63,948 nt of DNA, filler included, from Lama guanicoe (GCA_013239625.1; 80 parts of 79 records of this genome joined end to end with filler, not necessarily neighbours in it); one strand, 5' to 3'; numbered from the whole stretch's first letter, positions 47,905 to 61,096 are shown. The notes: generated from the sequence alone by a model not told the origin. A program made the numbers and translations.

Positions 47905-48788
47905 ACATTTAGGTTGTTTCCGTCTTGGCTATTGTAAATAGTGCTGCTATGAAAATTGGGGTGTGTGTATCTTTTTGAATTAAGGTTCCCTCTAGATATA
48001 TGCCCAGGAATGGGATTGCTGGGTCATATGGTAAGTCTATTTTTAGTCTTTTTAGGAATCTCCACATTGTTTTCCATAATGGCTGCACCAAACTACATTC
48101 CCACTTTAGGAGGCTTTCCTTTTCTCCACAGCCTCTCCAGCATTTATCACTTGTGGACTTTTGAAGGATGGCCATTCTGACTTGTGTGAGGTGATATCTC
48201 ATAGTTTTGATTTGCATTTCTCTGACAATAATTTGCATTTACAATTAGCGATATTGAGCATTTTTTCATGTGCCTATTGGCCATTTATATGTCTTCATTG
48301 GAGAACTGCCTGTTGAGGTCTTCTGCCCATTTTGAATTGGATTGTTTGTTTTTTTCTTATTAAGTTGTATGAGCTGTTTATATATTCTGGAAATTAAGCC
48401 CGTGTCAATCTCAACTTTTGCAAATATTTTCTCCCATTCCATAGATAGTCTTTTTGTATTGCTTATGGTTTCCTTTGCTGTACAAAAGCTTCTAAGTTTT
48501 ATTAGGTCCCATTTGTTTATTTTTGCTTTTATTTCTATTCTTTGGGTAGATAGCCCTGCTCTGTAGTTTTGTCTAAAGCCTCGGAAGGTTATTCCTCTAG
48601 CTTCTTTCTTCTTCTTCAGTACTGCTTTGGCAATTCTGGGTCTTTTGTGATTCCATATAAATTTTAGGACTATTTGTTCTAGTTCTGTGAAAAATATCCT
48701 GGGTAATTTTATAGGGATCACATTTAAATCTGTAGTTCACTTTGAGTGGTATGGCCATTTTAACAATATTAAGTCTTCCAATCCAAGA
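47905..48788 (-). mobile_element. LINE-1 ORF2 3' region, antisense, with internal deletion
   Basis: ORFs 48266-48721 and 47909-48238 give [50 protein letters not shown] and [23 protein letters not shown]. Confidence 0.97.
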
Positions 48789-49913
48789 NNNNNNNNNNNN
48801 NNNNNNNNNNNNNNNNNNNNNNNNNNNNNNNNTTAATTAATTAANNNNNNNNNNNNNNNNNNNNNNNNNNNNNNNNNNNNNNNNNNNNATGGCCGTGTTG
48901 TGAACTTCATTACAACTACAACATGTATTTCTCAGTAAAGCAACTTGTCTCCCTTGCAGAGGAATTATTTTGCACAGATGGTGGAGACTTCTATTTTTCC
49001 AAATAAATATCTCAACATATCTGCCAATGAAGGTCGTTTTTCTAAACTTCAACCAGGGATCAACCCACGGTCTCCAGCACCAGTGATAGCTGATGCATCA
49101 GCTATCTCTCTTTCAAGGCCAACTCATCAGATATCTTCAGTTTATGAAAGTCATCCTAATCAAAACTGATCTACCAGAGGACTACCAGATTATGCAGGAT
49201 AACAAGATTAAAATTGATGTCGGCAAATGTCGACAAATATCTCCAATTTTCTTATTTGAACAATAAACATAGATGTGTACCTGTATTTACCTATTTTTAT
49301 TTAAAGAGAGTTAAGAGTTAAATGGGAGACTAAGTTAACATTTAAACAAAAAAAATATTTGTTTGATATGATCATTTGATAGAACAATATGGGAGTTAAT
49401 ATANNNNNNNNNNNNNNNNNNNNNNNNNNNNNNNNNNNNNNNNNNNNTTAATTAATTAANNNNNNNNNNNNNNNNNNNNNNNNNNNNNNNNNNNNNNNNN
49501 NNNTGAAACTAATATCATATTTTAAATCAGCTATATCTTTATAAATAATTAAGAAATATTTCTAAAATGTTATCACTTTAATATTCAGTTCGGTTTTTAA
49601 GTAACTACTAAACAGCTTAGAATGTATAAAACCATTTAATTGTGCTTTTTGTTTACATATTTATTCACATTCAGCCTCTTGCTAAAGAGAATTTAAACAA
49701 TTCTTTTAAAAACAGCTTAACAACAATAAAAACAAAAAGGAAATACTGAGAGTGAACAGAAAATGGAGATTCAATACTTAAATGAAACCAGGGTGAGATA
49801 AACTCATAAAAATGGATTCCATGAAGTCAGGGCAAGTGTTAAAGTCTGACTAGAAATTCAGCTGTAGGATTCTTGGCAGGTAAACCAAAAGAAAAGATTA
49901 TGAAAAAGATTAT

Positions 49914-50034
49914 GGGTGGTAGAGCGTGTGCTTAGCATGCATGGGGTCCTGGGTTTAAACCCCAGGGCTTCCACTATCAGATAAGTACATCTAATTAACT
50001 GCCCCCATAAAAGATCGCCAAAGAAAAGAAAAAG
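49914..50034 (+). mobile_element. Camelid tRNA-derived SINE (vic-1-like)
   Basis: GTGGTAGAGCGTGTGCTTAGCATGCATGGGGTCCTGGGTTTAAACCCCAG (tRNA-Ala-like, with partial A box and B box), then CTAATTAACTGCCCCC and an A-rich tail. Confidence 0.85.
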
Positions 50035-50379
50035 NNNNNNNNNNNNNNNNNNNNNNNNNNNNNNNNNNNNNNNNNNNNTTAATTAATTAANNNNNNNNNN
50101 NNNNNNNNNNNNNNNNNNNNNNNNNNNNNNNNNNCACATGTTTTTATACATTGTTTGCAGGAACATACTTGTCTTTCAGAAAGTTTACTTGAGTATCAGT
50201 AGGAAAGACAGTTTTGTAGAGAGTCAGAACCAGAGTCTGTGGGACCTTTTGAAGTCTGCTACAAAACTTCAGGTGAAATATGAGGGTAGAAACAGAGAAT
50301 CTAGAGAAGAAGTATGAATTAGAAATATAAATAATAGATATGACTGAAAGATCTTTATTAGTTTTCATGGAGTTTTCAT

Positions 50380-50740
50380 GGGGAATGGAGGAGAGGTTAA
50401 GAAGGAATCATAGGTTTCTGATTTAAGTGAGAGGGTGAGTGCTAAGCCATCTACCAGCACAGGAAATACAGAATGAGTCATATGTTTGGGTAAAAGGAGA
50501 ATGAGTTAAATTTGACATATTGCAATTGACATTCCTACTGGAAATATACAGCAGGAAGTTGGTTATATAAGTTTCGTTATAATTGTATGGATGGTATGTA
50601 GGAGATACATTGTTTTAAAGGTGAGAGTAGAACCCCTGATTTCGGGCGTGGTCACCAGTACAACGAGAAGAGAAAATATGGGGAAAACATGTTTCAAATA
50701 ACAGGAAGAGGGGAGGTGATACAGAAGACTGAGGAGGTTA
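50380..50740 (-). mobile_element. L2 fragment
   Basis: AGGTTTCTGATTTAAGTG..AATGAGTTAAATTTGACATATTG..GGAAATATACAGCAGGAAGTTGG resembles antisense L2. Confidence 0.6.
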
Positions 50741-51901
50741 TCCAGATAGGGAAAGAATTTAGGCAAGTTAATGTTAAGTCATTAGAAAGCTACTGNNNNN
50801 NNNNNNNNNNNNNNNNNNNNNNNNNNNNNNNNNNNNNNNTTAATTAATTAANNNNNNNNNNNNNNNNNNNNNNNNNNNNNNNNNNNNNNNNNNNNGCTGT
50901 TACTTTTGGAAAATTTTAGAATTCTTCATGCCTCCATCTGGTCTATTAATCAAACCCTGGAGAATCCTACACCACTGATCTGATTTGAATAAATGAGGTG
51001 AAAAGAATTGGGGGAAGCACTGTGAGCAGAAGAGACTGTGGAACCTCCAGAGTGGCACCCTGCGTTGGCTCAGATGTTCTCTGGAAAAAGTTTTCTCTAT
51101 GAGACTACATAGTTCCCAGCTTGACTTTCAGTTTTCTCAGCATTTCACATTAAGTCTGTGGCAGGTTCTTACCCAGAAAAAGAGCACTTGCACAAATGGT
51201 TATATGTATACATTTTCCCCAGGTGGTAAAAGGAACACGCTCTTCTTCCTAATTAAAAAACAAGTTTAGTCAATCAAGGGGTTACACCAATGAAATGATT
51301 TTTCTCCTAACTGGTCACTAAATCCTAGACATAATTTAAAAAAATAATAATTTTCAGACATAGTCTTCTTATTTGGTGCTGAATGGGTTTTTTTCTTTTT
51401 AGTTTTTTTTCTTTTCTGTTAATGATGTCAAGCATACAACAAAATAAGTATAGTGTCCATTTTAATACTATTTTTTGAAAATACACATGTGAACAGCAAA
51501 CTGTTTCCCTGCCATGGTCTGAGCTTAGGGGTCTGGGTACCTGACGAGGCCAAGGTGTAAAGCTCTACTCCTGAGCTTGTCTTGGATTTCAGAAGTGACG
51601 GTAGTGACAGCTGAGAGTCCGTGCAGGACAGAAAGTTTCACAGGTGTCTGCAGCTAACTGGTCTCCACTGTGTGTTTCTTCGTTGAGCTTTATGTATTAA
51701 TTAGCTATAACTATGAACTGTTAGAGTTTCCATTTCAGAGTTTATATTTAGATTTTTTTTAAGAGATGATATCAGTAAGACTCAAGATTTACCTGGATTA
51801 TNNNNNNNNNNNNNNNNNNNNNNNNNNNNNNNNNNNNNNNNNNNNTTAATTAATTAANNNNNNNNNNNNNNNNNNNNNNNNNNNNNNNNNNNNNNNNNNN
51901 N

Positions 51902-52768
51902 GGGTTATATATTCTGTTTTCCATATTCTAAATTCTGTGTTCTATATTCTCTAATCTAAGTTCTATATACTGTGTTCTTCATTCTATATTATGTTTTCAA
52001 TAATCTGCATTCCATATTCTACATTCCATATTCTGTGTTCTACATTCTATATTCTAAATTCGAAATTCAGTATTTTGTATTCTATATTCTAAATTCTGTG
52101 CTCTAAATTCCATGTTCTTAATTCTGTGTTCTATATTCTCTATTCTATAATTTGCGTTCATAATTCTATATCATATATCCTATATTCTGCATTCCGTTGT
52201 CTATATTCTATATTCTGTGTTCTACATTGTATATTCCTAATTCTATACTCAGTGTTCTGTATTCTATATTCTAAATTATGTGTTGTACCTTATATATTCA
52301 TATTCTATGTTTAGTATTCGGTATTCTATATTCTAAGTTCTGTGTTCTGCATTCCATGTTCTAAATTCTGGATTCTATATTCTCTATTCTAAATTTTGTG
52401 CTCATTATTCTATATTCTATATCCTATATTCTGCACTCTGTAGTCTATATTCTATATTCTGTGTTCTAAATTCTATACTCTAAATTCCATATTCACTAAT
52501 CTGTATTCTATATTCTAAATCCTGTGTTCTGCATTCCATGTTCTAAATNNNNNNNNNNNNNNNNNNNNNNNNNNNNNNNNNNNNNNNNNNNNNNNNNNNN
52601 NNNNNNNNNNNNNNNNNNNNNNNNNNNNNNNNNNNNNNNNNNNNATTCTACATTTTCTGTGTTCTATATTCAATATTCTAAATTCGAAAATCAGTATTCG
52701 GTATTCTATATTCTAAATACTGTTTTCTACATTGTATATTCATATTCTATATTCAGTATTGCTGTTCT
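51902..52768. repeat. Satellite C
   Basis: Heptamer array; ATTCCATGTTCT landmark at 52107, 52351 and 52533. Confidence 0.96.
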
Positions 52769-54357
52769 NNNNNNNNNNNNNNNNNNNNNNNNNNNNNNNN
52801 NNNNNNNNNNNNTTAATTAATTAANNNNNNNNNNNNNNNNNNNNNNNNNNNNNNNNNNNNNNNNNNNNCTTGTATAAGCCTAAACCCTTGGGAAGCTGGG
52901 AAGTTCTACATGGAACTTTTCTTACTGTTGCTCTCAAAACGTTGAATTAAAAGAAAAAACTTTCTCAGTGCTTGTTCCTGCCTATCCTGTAGTCCTTCTA
53001 CCCCAGGTTACTTGGAGGCAGATCAACATTGTATCATTTCAAATATTTATTTCAGTATCTTGAGCAATGCTGTAATCTAATTCTATTCCTATTTTAATTG
53101 ACTATTTCCATAGAGAGAGCCTTTCCCTCACCCGATAGTGGGGTACCCTCAGGTTTGAATTGTACAGGAAGGAGGGAGGAAGTGTGAAACCACGCGGCTC
53201 CCAAGCAGCCACCAGGCGGGCCCGGCAGGGTCTTGTTTCTGCGTCTCCGTGCACTCGTGCGCTTGAACACATTTGAGGCGGAGTATGCAGCACAGCTTGT
53301 CCTTCGTGATGCCCACAGTGTTCCAGCTTTGACTGNNNNNNNNNNNNNNNNNNNNNNNNNNNNNNNNNNNNNNNNNNNNTTAATTAATTAANNNNNNNNN
53401 NNNNNNNNNNNNNNNNNNNNNNNNNNNNNNNNNNNCAGCTGTCTCACTGGCCGGAATATTTTGGTCAAGTACCCATTTCTAAATGTAACTTTTGCAGAAA
53501 TGAGACTGCCGTGATTATCTTACACTCACCGGGATCGTCCCCTAGAGCTGGGGGTGGGGTAGACGTCCCCGGAATTATGTGAGCAGAGGTAGACACCTGA
53601 ATAGACGGAGGTTAGGAAGGGAGAGCCGGGGGAGTGGACACTGGGTAGCAGCCCTCAGTGTCCTCTGCAGGCAGGGAAAGTCCTTCCTACCTCTGACCCA
53701 AAGTCTTACTTTCCCACAAACATCACCGCTCCAGGGCTGGGTCCTGCTATTAAGGAAAGGAAATTCTTTCCTCTTTATGTCTCCATGCCACTCTATGCCA
53801 GCCCCTATTATAGCTCCTATGTCTTCTAAGACATCTTCTCTTCAAGCATATCTCTTCCAGGTGGGTTAGGAGCTCTCTGATCAAAAAGGCCATGTATTAC
53901 TCAATGTTGTAATTTCAGCACCCAGCAGAAACATAGGTGCTCCGTAAATGTTGGATTGAAATGATTTCTGAATTTCTTTTATGAAGGTCTATTTCATCAT
54001 TACCTAGAATGGAGGGTAGGGTGCATGTTTGGTTTAAAATGTGGGAGAGACCATAGGATGATTCTGTTGTTGGTTGGTTGGTTGGTTGGTTGGAATTCAT
54101 TTTTATCCTGCCTAATTTAAAACAAAAGGGTGTAAGGGATCAGGGGCGCTGGGTGTGATGTACTGTGCTGAGCTTCACTGTCCCTGTAATCCCCACCGCA
54201 CACAGGACTGAGGGATGCAGCGATTCAGACCTCATCCACCTGTACTCCAGCTCAAAGNNNNNNNNNNNNNNNNNNNNNNNNNNNNNNNNNNNNNNNNNNN
54301 NTTAATTAATTAANNNNNNNNNNNNNNNNNNNNNNNNNNNNNNNNNNNNNNNNNNNN

Positions 54358-54630
54358 GTAGAAGGACCAGCCTTAGGGCAAGGGGTTGGGATTCCCAGGG
54401 AGTTGGTCATTTCCCACCCTGTGACATTTTGTGGCTAGCCTTTGGACCGCCATAGTGCCTGGGGCATGTTATTCACCATGTTACTATTACAATGGGTGTT
54501 TACTGAATCTCAAGCTCTGCTAGAAGTTAAATCTCTTCATCCTGAGCCTCAAGGCCTATTGGGGGTTGAATCCTTCACCATTTTGGTGTTAATTGCTGTG
54601 GCCTTACTTAAATGGCTGTGCTCTGCCCCT
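54358..54630 (-). mobile_element. Possible ERV LTR fragment
   Basis: GGATTCCCAGGGAGTTGGTCATTTCCCACC..CCATTTTGGTGTTAATTGCTGTGGCCTTACTTAAATGGCTGTG resembles antisense ERV1 LTR sequence. Confidence 0.35.
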
Positions 54631-54918
54631 TTCCATCCTGTCTCACTGTGTTGACACAGAGACAGCAAAGGCCGGGCCCTGCCTGTGCTCCTGCATTTAA
54701 CAGCTGGATGGGTGGGGTGGGCTTATGATGACTCTGAGTGGTGAGAATGATATTTCAGATTTTCCCACCTGAGACATGGGGACCTGCCAGCAGCTACCGC
54801 AGATTTATCTCACGGGCANNNNNNNNNNNNNNNNNNNNNNNNNNNNNNNNNNNNNNNNNNNNTTAATTAATTAANNNNNNNNNNNNNNNNNNNNNNNNNN
54901 NNNNNNNNNNNNNNNNNN

Positions 54919-55080
54919 ATCTTTTCAATATTTTTTGGTGATACTTCAAAATTTTCAATGTACAAATTTTGTAAAATTTTGTTAAATGTATCTATAATTT
55001 TATTTTTAATGCTGTTGTAAATGGAAAGGCTGAGCTTCCTAAGGGTGGGACTATATAACAATTTATTTATTTCTAGGATT
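54919..55080 (-). repeat. Inverted paralog of 8283-8445, including the same old-L1 5' junction
   Basis: Reverse complement of GAAATAAATAAATTG..TATATAGTCCCACCTTAGGAAGCTCAGC..TTTCCATTTACA..GAAGTATCACCAAAAAATATT. Confidence 0.9.
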
Positions 55081-55486
55081 CCTACACAGCAAATACACTA
55101 CATTTGTATTTGCTACATAAATCTATCCACAATTCTTCCCATCCCTGTGTTATAAGAAACCAAGACCTAGGTTAAGCTGCCTGAAAGCTGCCTGAACACC
55201 TATGTGGACGTGAGAAATGAGACCCTTGGGTGGGGCTTTGTGCATATGATACTGAGAGCTTATTGGATGGTGCATCTTTAATTTTTTTTTAAACAATCCT
55301 TTCAGTGTATTTAGTCAGATACATTAAGAACATGACATTTTGATGTGCGGAGGATCTAAGAGTAAAATTTTCAAATGATTTCTAGTNNNNNNNNNNNNNN
55401 NNNNNNNNNNNNNNNNNNNNNNNNNNNNNNTTAATTAATTAANNNNNNNNNNNNNNNNNNNNNNNNNNNNNNNNNNNNNNNNNNNN

Positions 55487-56012
55487 TACACTGTTGCTGG
55501 GAATGCAGTTTGGTACAGCCATTATGGAAAAGAGTATGGAGATGCTTCAAAATACTAAAAAAGGACTTAACATATGATCCAGCCATCCCACTTCTGGGCA
55601 TATATCCAGTACTAACCTTAATTCAAAAAGATACATGCACCTCAATGTTCATATCAGCACTATTTATAATAGCCAAGACATGGACACAACCTAAATGTCC
55701 ATCAACAGATGATTGGATAAAGACGTTGTAGTGATTTATACAATGGAATACTACTCAGCCATAAAAAATAAAATAATGCCAACATAAATGGACCTGAAGA
55801 ATGTTCTTCTAAGTGAAGTAAGCCAAAAAGAGAAATCAAGATACCATATGATATCACTTATATGTGGAGTCTTAAAAAAAAGTCAAACTTATTTACAAAC
55901 TGGAAACAGATTAACAGACATAGAAAACAAACATGGTTACCAGGTGCGGAAGGGGATGGTTAGGGATAAATTGGGAGTTCAAGGTTTGCAGATACTAACT
56001 GCTCTATATAAA
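55487..56012 (+). mobile_element. LINE-1 ORF2 C-terminus and 3'UTR
   Basis: [58 protein letters not shown]. Confidence 0.97.
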
Positions 56013-56112
56013 NNNNNNNNNNNNNNNNNNNNNNNNNNNNNNNNNNNNNNNNNNNNTTAATTAATTAANNNNNNNNNNNNNNNNNNNNNNNNNNNNNNNN
56101 NNNNNNNNNNNN

Positions 56113-56860
56113 GGAATCCTGAGCGTGGGGAGGTTCCACCAACGGTCGGCAGCGAGTTGGTCCTAACGGAATGCCTAAACTCGTCTCCCCAGGGTATTTT
56201 CCTAATGTCTCTTTGCCAGGGAATGTTGGTGGGGTTTGCAGGCAATCCCAGTGACAGAGCCTGCCTCCCCATGTTCAGGGAAGGTATTTCTCAAAATTCC
56301 CCCTAACAGGGAACACCTGTGACTGAAGAGAGCTGCGTGGAGTTGTCTCTCGTGCTCCCCACGCACTGACAATGTTTCCGGAATCCTGAGCGTGGGGAGG
56401 TACCACCAACTTTCGGCAGCGGGTGGTTTCTAACGGAATGCCTAAACTCGTCTCCCCTGGGATTTTTCCTAAAGTCTCCGTGCCAGGGAATGCTAGGGGG
56501 TTTGCAGGCAATCCCAGGGACAGAAGCTGCCTCCCCAAGGTCAGGGAAGCTATTACTCGGACTTCCCCTTTCAGTGAACACCTGTGACTGAAGAGAGCTG
56601 CGTGGAGTTGTCTCTCGATCTCCCCCATGCACTGAAAATGGTTCCGGAATAGTGGGAAGGTTCCACCAACGGTCGGCAGCGCGTGTGTTCTAACGGAATG
56701 CCTTAGCTCGAATCCCCTGGGTTTTTTCCTAATGTCTCTGGGACAGGGAATACTAGGGTGGTTTGCAGGCAATCCCAGGGACAGAGGCGGCCACCCCAAT
56801 GTCAGGGAAGTTATTTCTCGGACTTCCCCTTTCAGTGAACACCTGTGACTGAAGAGAGCT
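56113..56860. repeat. Satellite B, about 2.8 monomers
   Basis: GGAATCCTGAGCGTGGGG at 56113 and 56380 (period 267). Confidence 0.98.
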
Positions 56861-57987
56861 NNNNNNNNNNNNNNNNNNNNNNNNNNNNNNNNNNNNNNNN
56901 NNNNTTAATTAATTAANNNNNNNNNNNNNNNNNNNNNNNNNNNNNNNNNNNNNNNNNNNNAGAGCAGCCCCGACGGGAAAACCCCCAGCTCTGCACGGCG
57001 AGGCCTGTTGCTTTCCTTCTCAGAGTTGATCACAGTTTGCAGTCGTCTGTTTTTACATTTATCCCTTTAGTACCTGCCTCCCCTCTGGAGTTTTTGCTTA
57101 AGCAGCACAGGTCCAGGTTTGTGTTGCTGCCTGCTGGATATTCTGGGCTGGGAGACAGCTGAACCCACATCTGGCTCTGGTGCTGAACGGAGAGGGCAGA
57201 AGGCCCAGGGGCCCATGCTGAACCGAGGCCCCTGCACCCAAAATTATGGTGTGACTTTGGGCAAATAGCACAGTGTTTTTACCCTGAGATTCCTCATCAG
57301 TCCATGAAAATAACTGCCCATGGCAAGTAGAGTTTCAAGGATTAAAGGAAATCACCAAATTCACAACCTATTCAAGGGGCTACCAGTGTGTCCTCAACAG
57401 GCACATGTTACCTTTATGGCTGTGACACACGCTAAGCAGGGTGGGCGGACACAGTGAACACTGCTAAGTGCCTATTTGTTAAGTGTTTCATGTGTGTTAT
57501 AATACTGTTTACAACTTACAACANNNNNNNNNNNNNNNNNNNNNNNNNNNNNNNNNNNNNNNNNNNNTTAATTAATTAANNNNNNNNNNNNNNNNNNNNN
57601 NNNNNNNNNNNNNNNNNNNNNNNAAACCTGAAAGGTTTAAAAAAGCAAAACAGACACATCTTACAAAAGGTGCAGAAAAGAGCTATTCTAAGAAAAATAA
57701 AGTGGCAAAAATACACAAAACATTGAACAAAATGCTAAGCAGAGACCACAAGAAATTTGCAACTGTTTCTTTGGGTATGTTTTTAAATGCTACTATTCTA
57801 TATGGATTAAAGAGAGAAAAATAGGAAATCAGTTGCAAAAAATATAGATACATCAATCTGGTAAGTTGTTCACAACAGTATAAGAAACAATTTTAATCTG
57901 TAGTCATAAAATGTAAAGAGTAAAAATAAAACAATATTAAAGGAAGATGCTATCAGCACAAAAATGACTAAATTATACATGAGATGT

Positions 57988-58465
57988 TTTAATTTTAATT
58001 GAAGTACAGTAGATGTACTATATTGTGTAGTTTCAGATGTACAGCTTAGTGATTCCAACATCTTTGTAGATTATATTGCATTATAAATGATTACAATAAT
58101 TGTAACAATTATGTTATTGTGAATAACTCAGTGATCTATACAGATTATCCTTGTTGTTTATCTCCTTTATGTATATTACATTGTATTTGTCAATGTCCTA
58201 CCATTAAATTGCCTTTCCCTTCATCTTTGGTAAACATAAATGTTTACTGGTTTCTTTCAGTCTGCTTCAGTCTTGTCTATCAAATCTCTCTATCCTTCTA
58301 CCATGTTTCTATCAATCTATCTATTTATCTATCTATCTACCTATCTATCTATCATGTGCCTATGTATATATACTTCTATCTAATTATTTATCTATCATCT
58401 ATCAATAGATAGCTTCAGATAGATGTAAACAGATAAGTGTTATTCTTTAGATTCCACATATAAAT
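57988..58465 (-). mobile_element. LINE-1 3' end (antisense) containing a degenerate (CTAT)n microsatellite at about 58305-58405
   Basis: TTTTAATTGAAGTACAGTAGATGTAC..GTTTCAGATGTACAGCTTAGTGATTC and TTAGATTCCACATATAA are antisense artiodactyl L1 3'UTR motifs. Confidence 0.8.
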
Positions 58466-58565
58466 NNNNNNNNNNNNNNNNNNNNNNNNNNNNNNNNNNN
58501 NNNNNNNNNTTAATTAATTAANNNNNNNNNNNNNNNNNNNNNNNNNNNNNNNNNNNNNNNNNNNN

Positions 58566-58713
58566 CCCACAATAATCCCCCTTGCTGATTATCTGGTTAG
58601 CAAATAATTCTATCTGCAGTCTTAATTCTTTTTTACCAGGCGTCATAACACATTCACAAGTTCCAGGGATTAGAATACGGGCATCTTTGAGGGCCATTAT
58701 CCTGCCTTCCACA
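58566..58713 (-). mobile_element. MaLR LTR (MLT1D-like) 5' end
   Basis: Minus strand begins TGTGGAAGGCAGGATAATGGCCCTCAAAGATGCCCGTATTCTAATCCCTGGAACTTGTGAATGTGTTA. Confidence 0.8.
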
Positions 58714-58787
58714 TGTTAGAGCTAGATAGGTGTTAGCCTTCCTTGAATTCTTCTTATTTTTACTAACGTTCCTTAAAGGCTTGCCTT

Positions 58788-58880
58788 ATCAAATCCTGTG
58801 GTCCCCACTTACCAGCTGTGTGATCGTAGGTAAGTTAATTTCCTTCATGAAATCCCATTTGCTTAGCTGTGAAATTCCAA
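58788..58880 (+). mobile_element. MIR fragment
   Basis: TCAAATCCTG..CCACTTACCAGCTGTGTGATCGTAGGTAAGTTAATT MIR core. Confidence 0.65.
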
Positions 58881-59639
58881 TCATAGGAGCCATCTTTAAA
58901 AAATTTTTAAATTTTTTAAAGGCATATATGAGACAGGGTAAGTGAGAATGCTTTATACCCCACCCAAAGCAAACAAATCCAATTTCCAGTTTAAAANNNN
59001 NNNNNNNNNNNNNNNNNNNNNNNNNNNNNNNNNNNNNNNNTTAATTAATTAANNNNNNNNNNNNNNNNNNNNNNNNNNNNNNNNNNNNNNNNNNNNGAGG
59101 CGATTTTGGATACCTGCCTAGAAGCAGGGGCACAGTTGCGGCTGCGTCATACATCTTGCAGCCCATCCCTTTGTCCGGCTCTGTAATCACGGCAGAGTGG
59201 TTCCTTGTTGACCTGTCCATCTCCTCTGTGACATCATAACCCATGAAAACATATTAACTTGGCTTTGTTAAAGTCAAAGGTACAGATCAAATATGGAGTC
59301 AGATTTGTTCTTTCCTATTTCAGTAGTGCCATGGAGAAGGCAGTTTGGGCAGCTTTTTGTAGTGTCCTGGAAGCTTTCTCTCTCAGCTTCTGGGCGCCTC
59401 TGTTGAAAACCCTTCATAGCTGTCTGGCCTGCTGGAAAAGCACTGTGCCTGTTTTACCCTGAAGATGTGTTCTGTTTATAAACTCATCTGTACTCCTTTG
59501 AAAACAACTCAAGAAAAACTCAGTTGGTTTTTCACCAGCNNNNNNNNNNNNNNNNNNNNNNNNNNNNNNNNNNNNNNNNNNNNTTAATTAATTAANNNNN
59601 NNNNNNNNNNNNNNNNNNNNNNNNNNNNNNNNNNNNNNN

Positions 59640-60584
59640 ATATATATATATATACATATATTCCTTTTTCATTATAGGGTATTACAAAGTATTGAATATA
59701 GTTCCCTGTTCTATACAGGACCTTGTTGTTTATCTATTTTATATATAGTAGTTTATATCTGCTAATCCCAAACTCCCAGTTTAGCCTTCTGCACCTCCTT
59801 TCCACCCTGGTAACCATAAGTTTGTTTTCTTCATCTATGAGTCTTGTTTTATAAATAAGTTTATTTGTGTCATTTTTTTAGATTCCATGTATAACTGATA
59901 TCATGTGGTATTTTTCTTTCTCTGTCTGACTGACTTCACTTAGTATGACAAAGCTGTGTTGCAGCAAATAGCAATATTTTATTTTTTATGGCTGAGTAGT
60001 ATTCCATTGTATATATAGTACAACTACTTATCCAGTCATCTGTCAGTGGACATTTAGGTTGTTTCCATGACATGCTGCAGCTTCTTGATAATCATTTGCT
60101 TGCTTCACTTTATGGTTTTATCATCTATATATGCACCCCTACATGTTATTGTTATTTAATTTTGTCTCTTTTTGAAATTTATGTGAGAGGAGTCTTTTTG
60201 TCTGCTCACTGTTCTGTTGGTGAAAGTCATGCCTGTTAAGATGTATAGAGATAGTTGATCAGTTTCACTGCTGTACAGCAGTACATTTGTGAACATACCT
60301 CAGTTGTCAGTTCCATCCCAGATGAACATTTGCATTCTTTGCACTGGGGCTTTACAAGCAGTGCTGCTACGAGCATCCTTATGAATGTCTCCCAATGTCT
60401 CTCTAGTGAAAATCCCTAGAAGTGGAATTGCTGGAGCATAGGGTATGTATGTCTTCATCTTAACTAGACAGTGTTATACTGTTTTTCCAGTCGTTAAACC
60501 AGTTTTGCATTTCCTACGAGCACCAGATGAGAGATCTTTTTATTTTCCAGACTTCGTATTTCCAGCTTCTTTAAACTTTTGCCC
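59640..60584 (-). mobile_element. LINE-1 3'UTR (59640-~60070) next to an older L1M 3' fragment
   Basis: TATTGAATATAGTTCCCTGTTCTATACAG, TTTTTATGGCTGAGTAGTATTCCATTGT and AGAAGTGGAATTGCTGGAGCATAGGGTA. Confidence 0.85.
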
Positions 60585-60684
60585 NNNNNNNNNNNNNNNN
60601 NNNNNNNNNNNNNNNNNNNNNNNNNNNNTTAATTAATTAANNNNNNNNNNNNNNNNNNNNNNNNNNNNNNNNNNNNNNNNNNNN

Positions 60685-61096
60685 AAAAGCAGAGGCAACC
60701 CAAAGGTCCATCAACTGATGGATGGATAAATGGGTTAGCCCCACAACCGAGTACTGTTCGACAGTAAACAGAAATGGAAATACTGACAAGCGCTGTAACA
60801 TGGATGAACCTTGAAGACGTTTTGTCAAATGATAATAGCTAATCATGAAGGACTGCACAGCATGTGATTCCATTCCTGGGAAACACCCAGAACAGGCACA
60901 TCTATAGAGACAGAAATCAGACTGGTGGTTGCCGGGGGATGGGGGGCTGCGGTGCTGGGGGTGATGGCCAAGGGATGCAGGCTTTCTTTTTGGGGTGATG
61001 GGAATGTTCTAAAAAGTGGTGGCAGCTGCACATCTCTGAATATACTAGGAGATACTAACTATGCATCCTAAATGGACGAATTATATGATACGTGAA
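60685..61096 (+). mobile_element. L1MB-like 3' end
   Basis: CAACCCAAAGGTCCATCAACTGATG..ACATGGATGAACCTTGAAGAC..TCTATAGAGACAGAAATCAGACTGGTGGTTGCC..TTTTGGGGTGATGGGAATGTTCTAAAA. Confidence 0.85.

Noticed and set aside
49914..49972. tRNA-Ala gene
   Set aside because: It is 5'-truncated, has a SINE-type AT-rich 3' extension and A-tail, and lacks a proper acceptor stem; it is a SINE.
56275..56799. Recurrent similar peptides (LRHSVRTHALPTVGG, RETTPRSS) suggesting a gene family
   Set aside because: They are translations of satellite B. Its 267-bp unit is a multiple of 3 and GC-rich, so frames stay open by chance; there is no gene structure.
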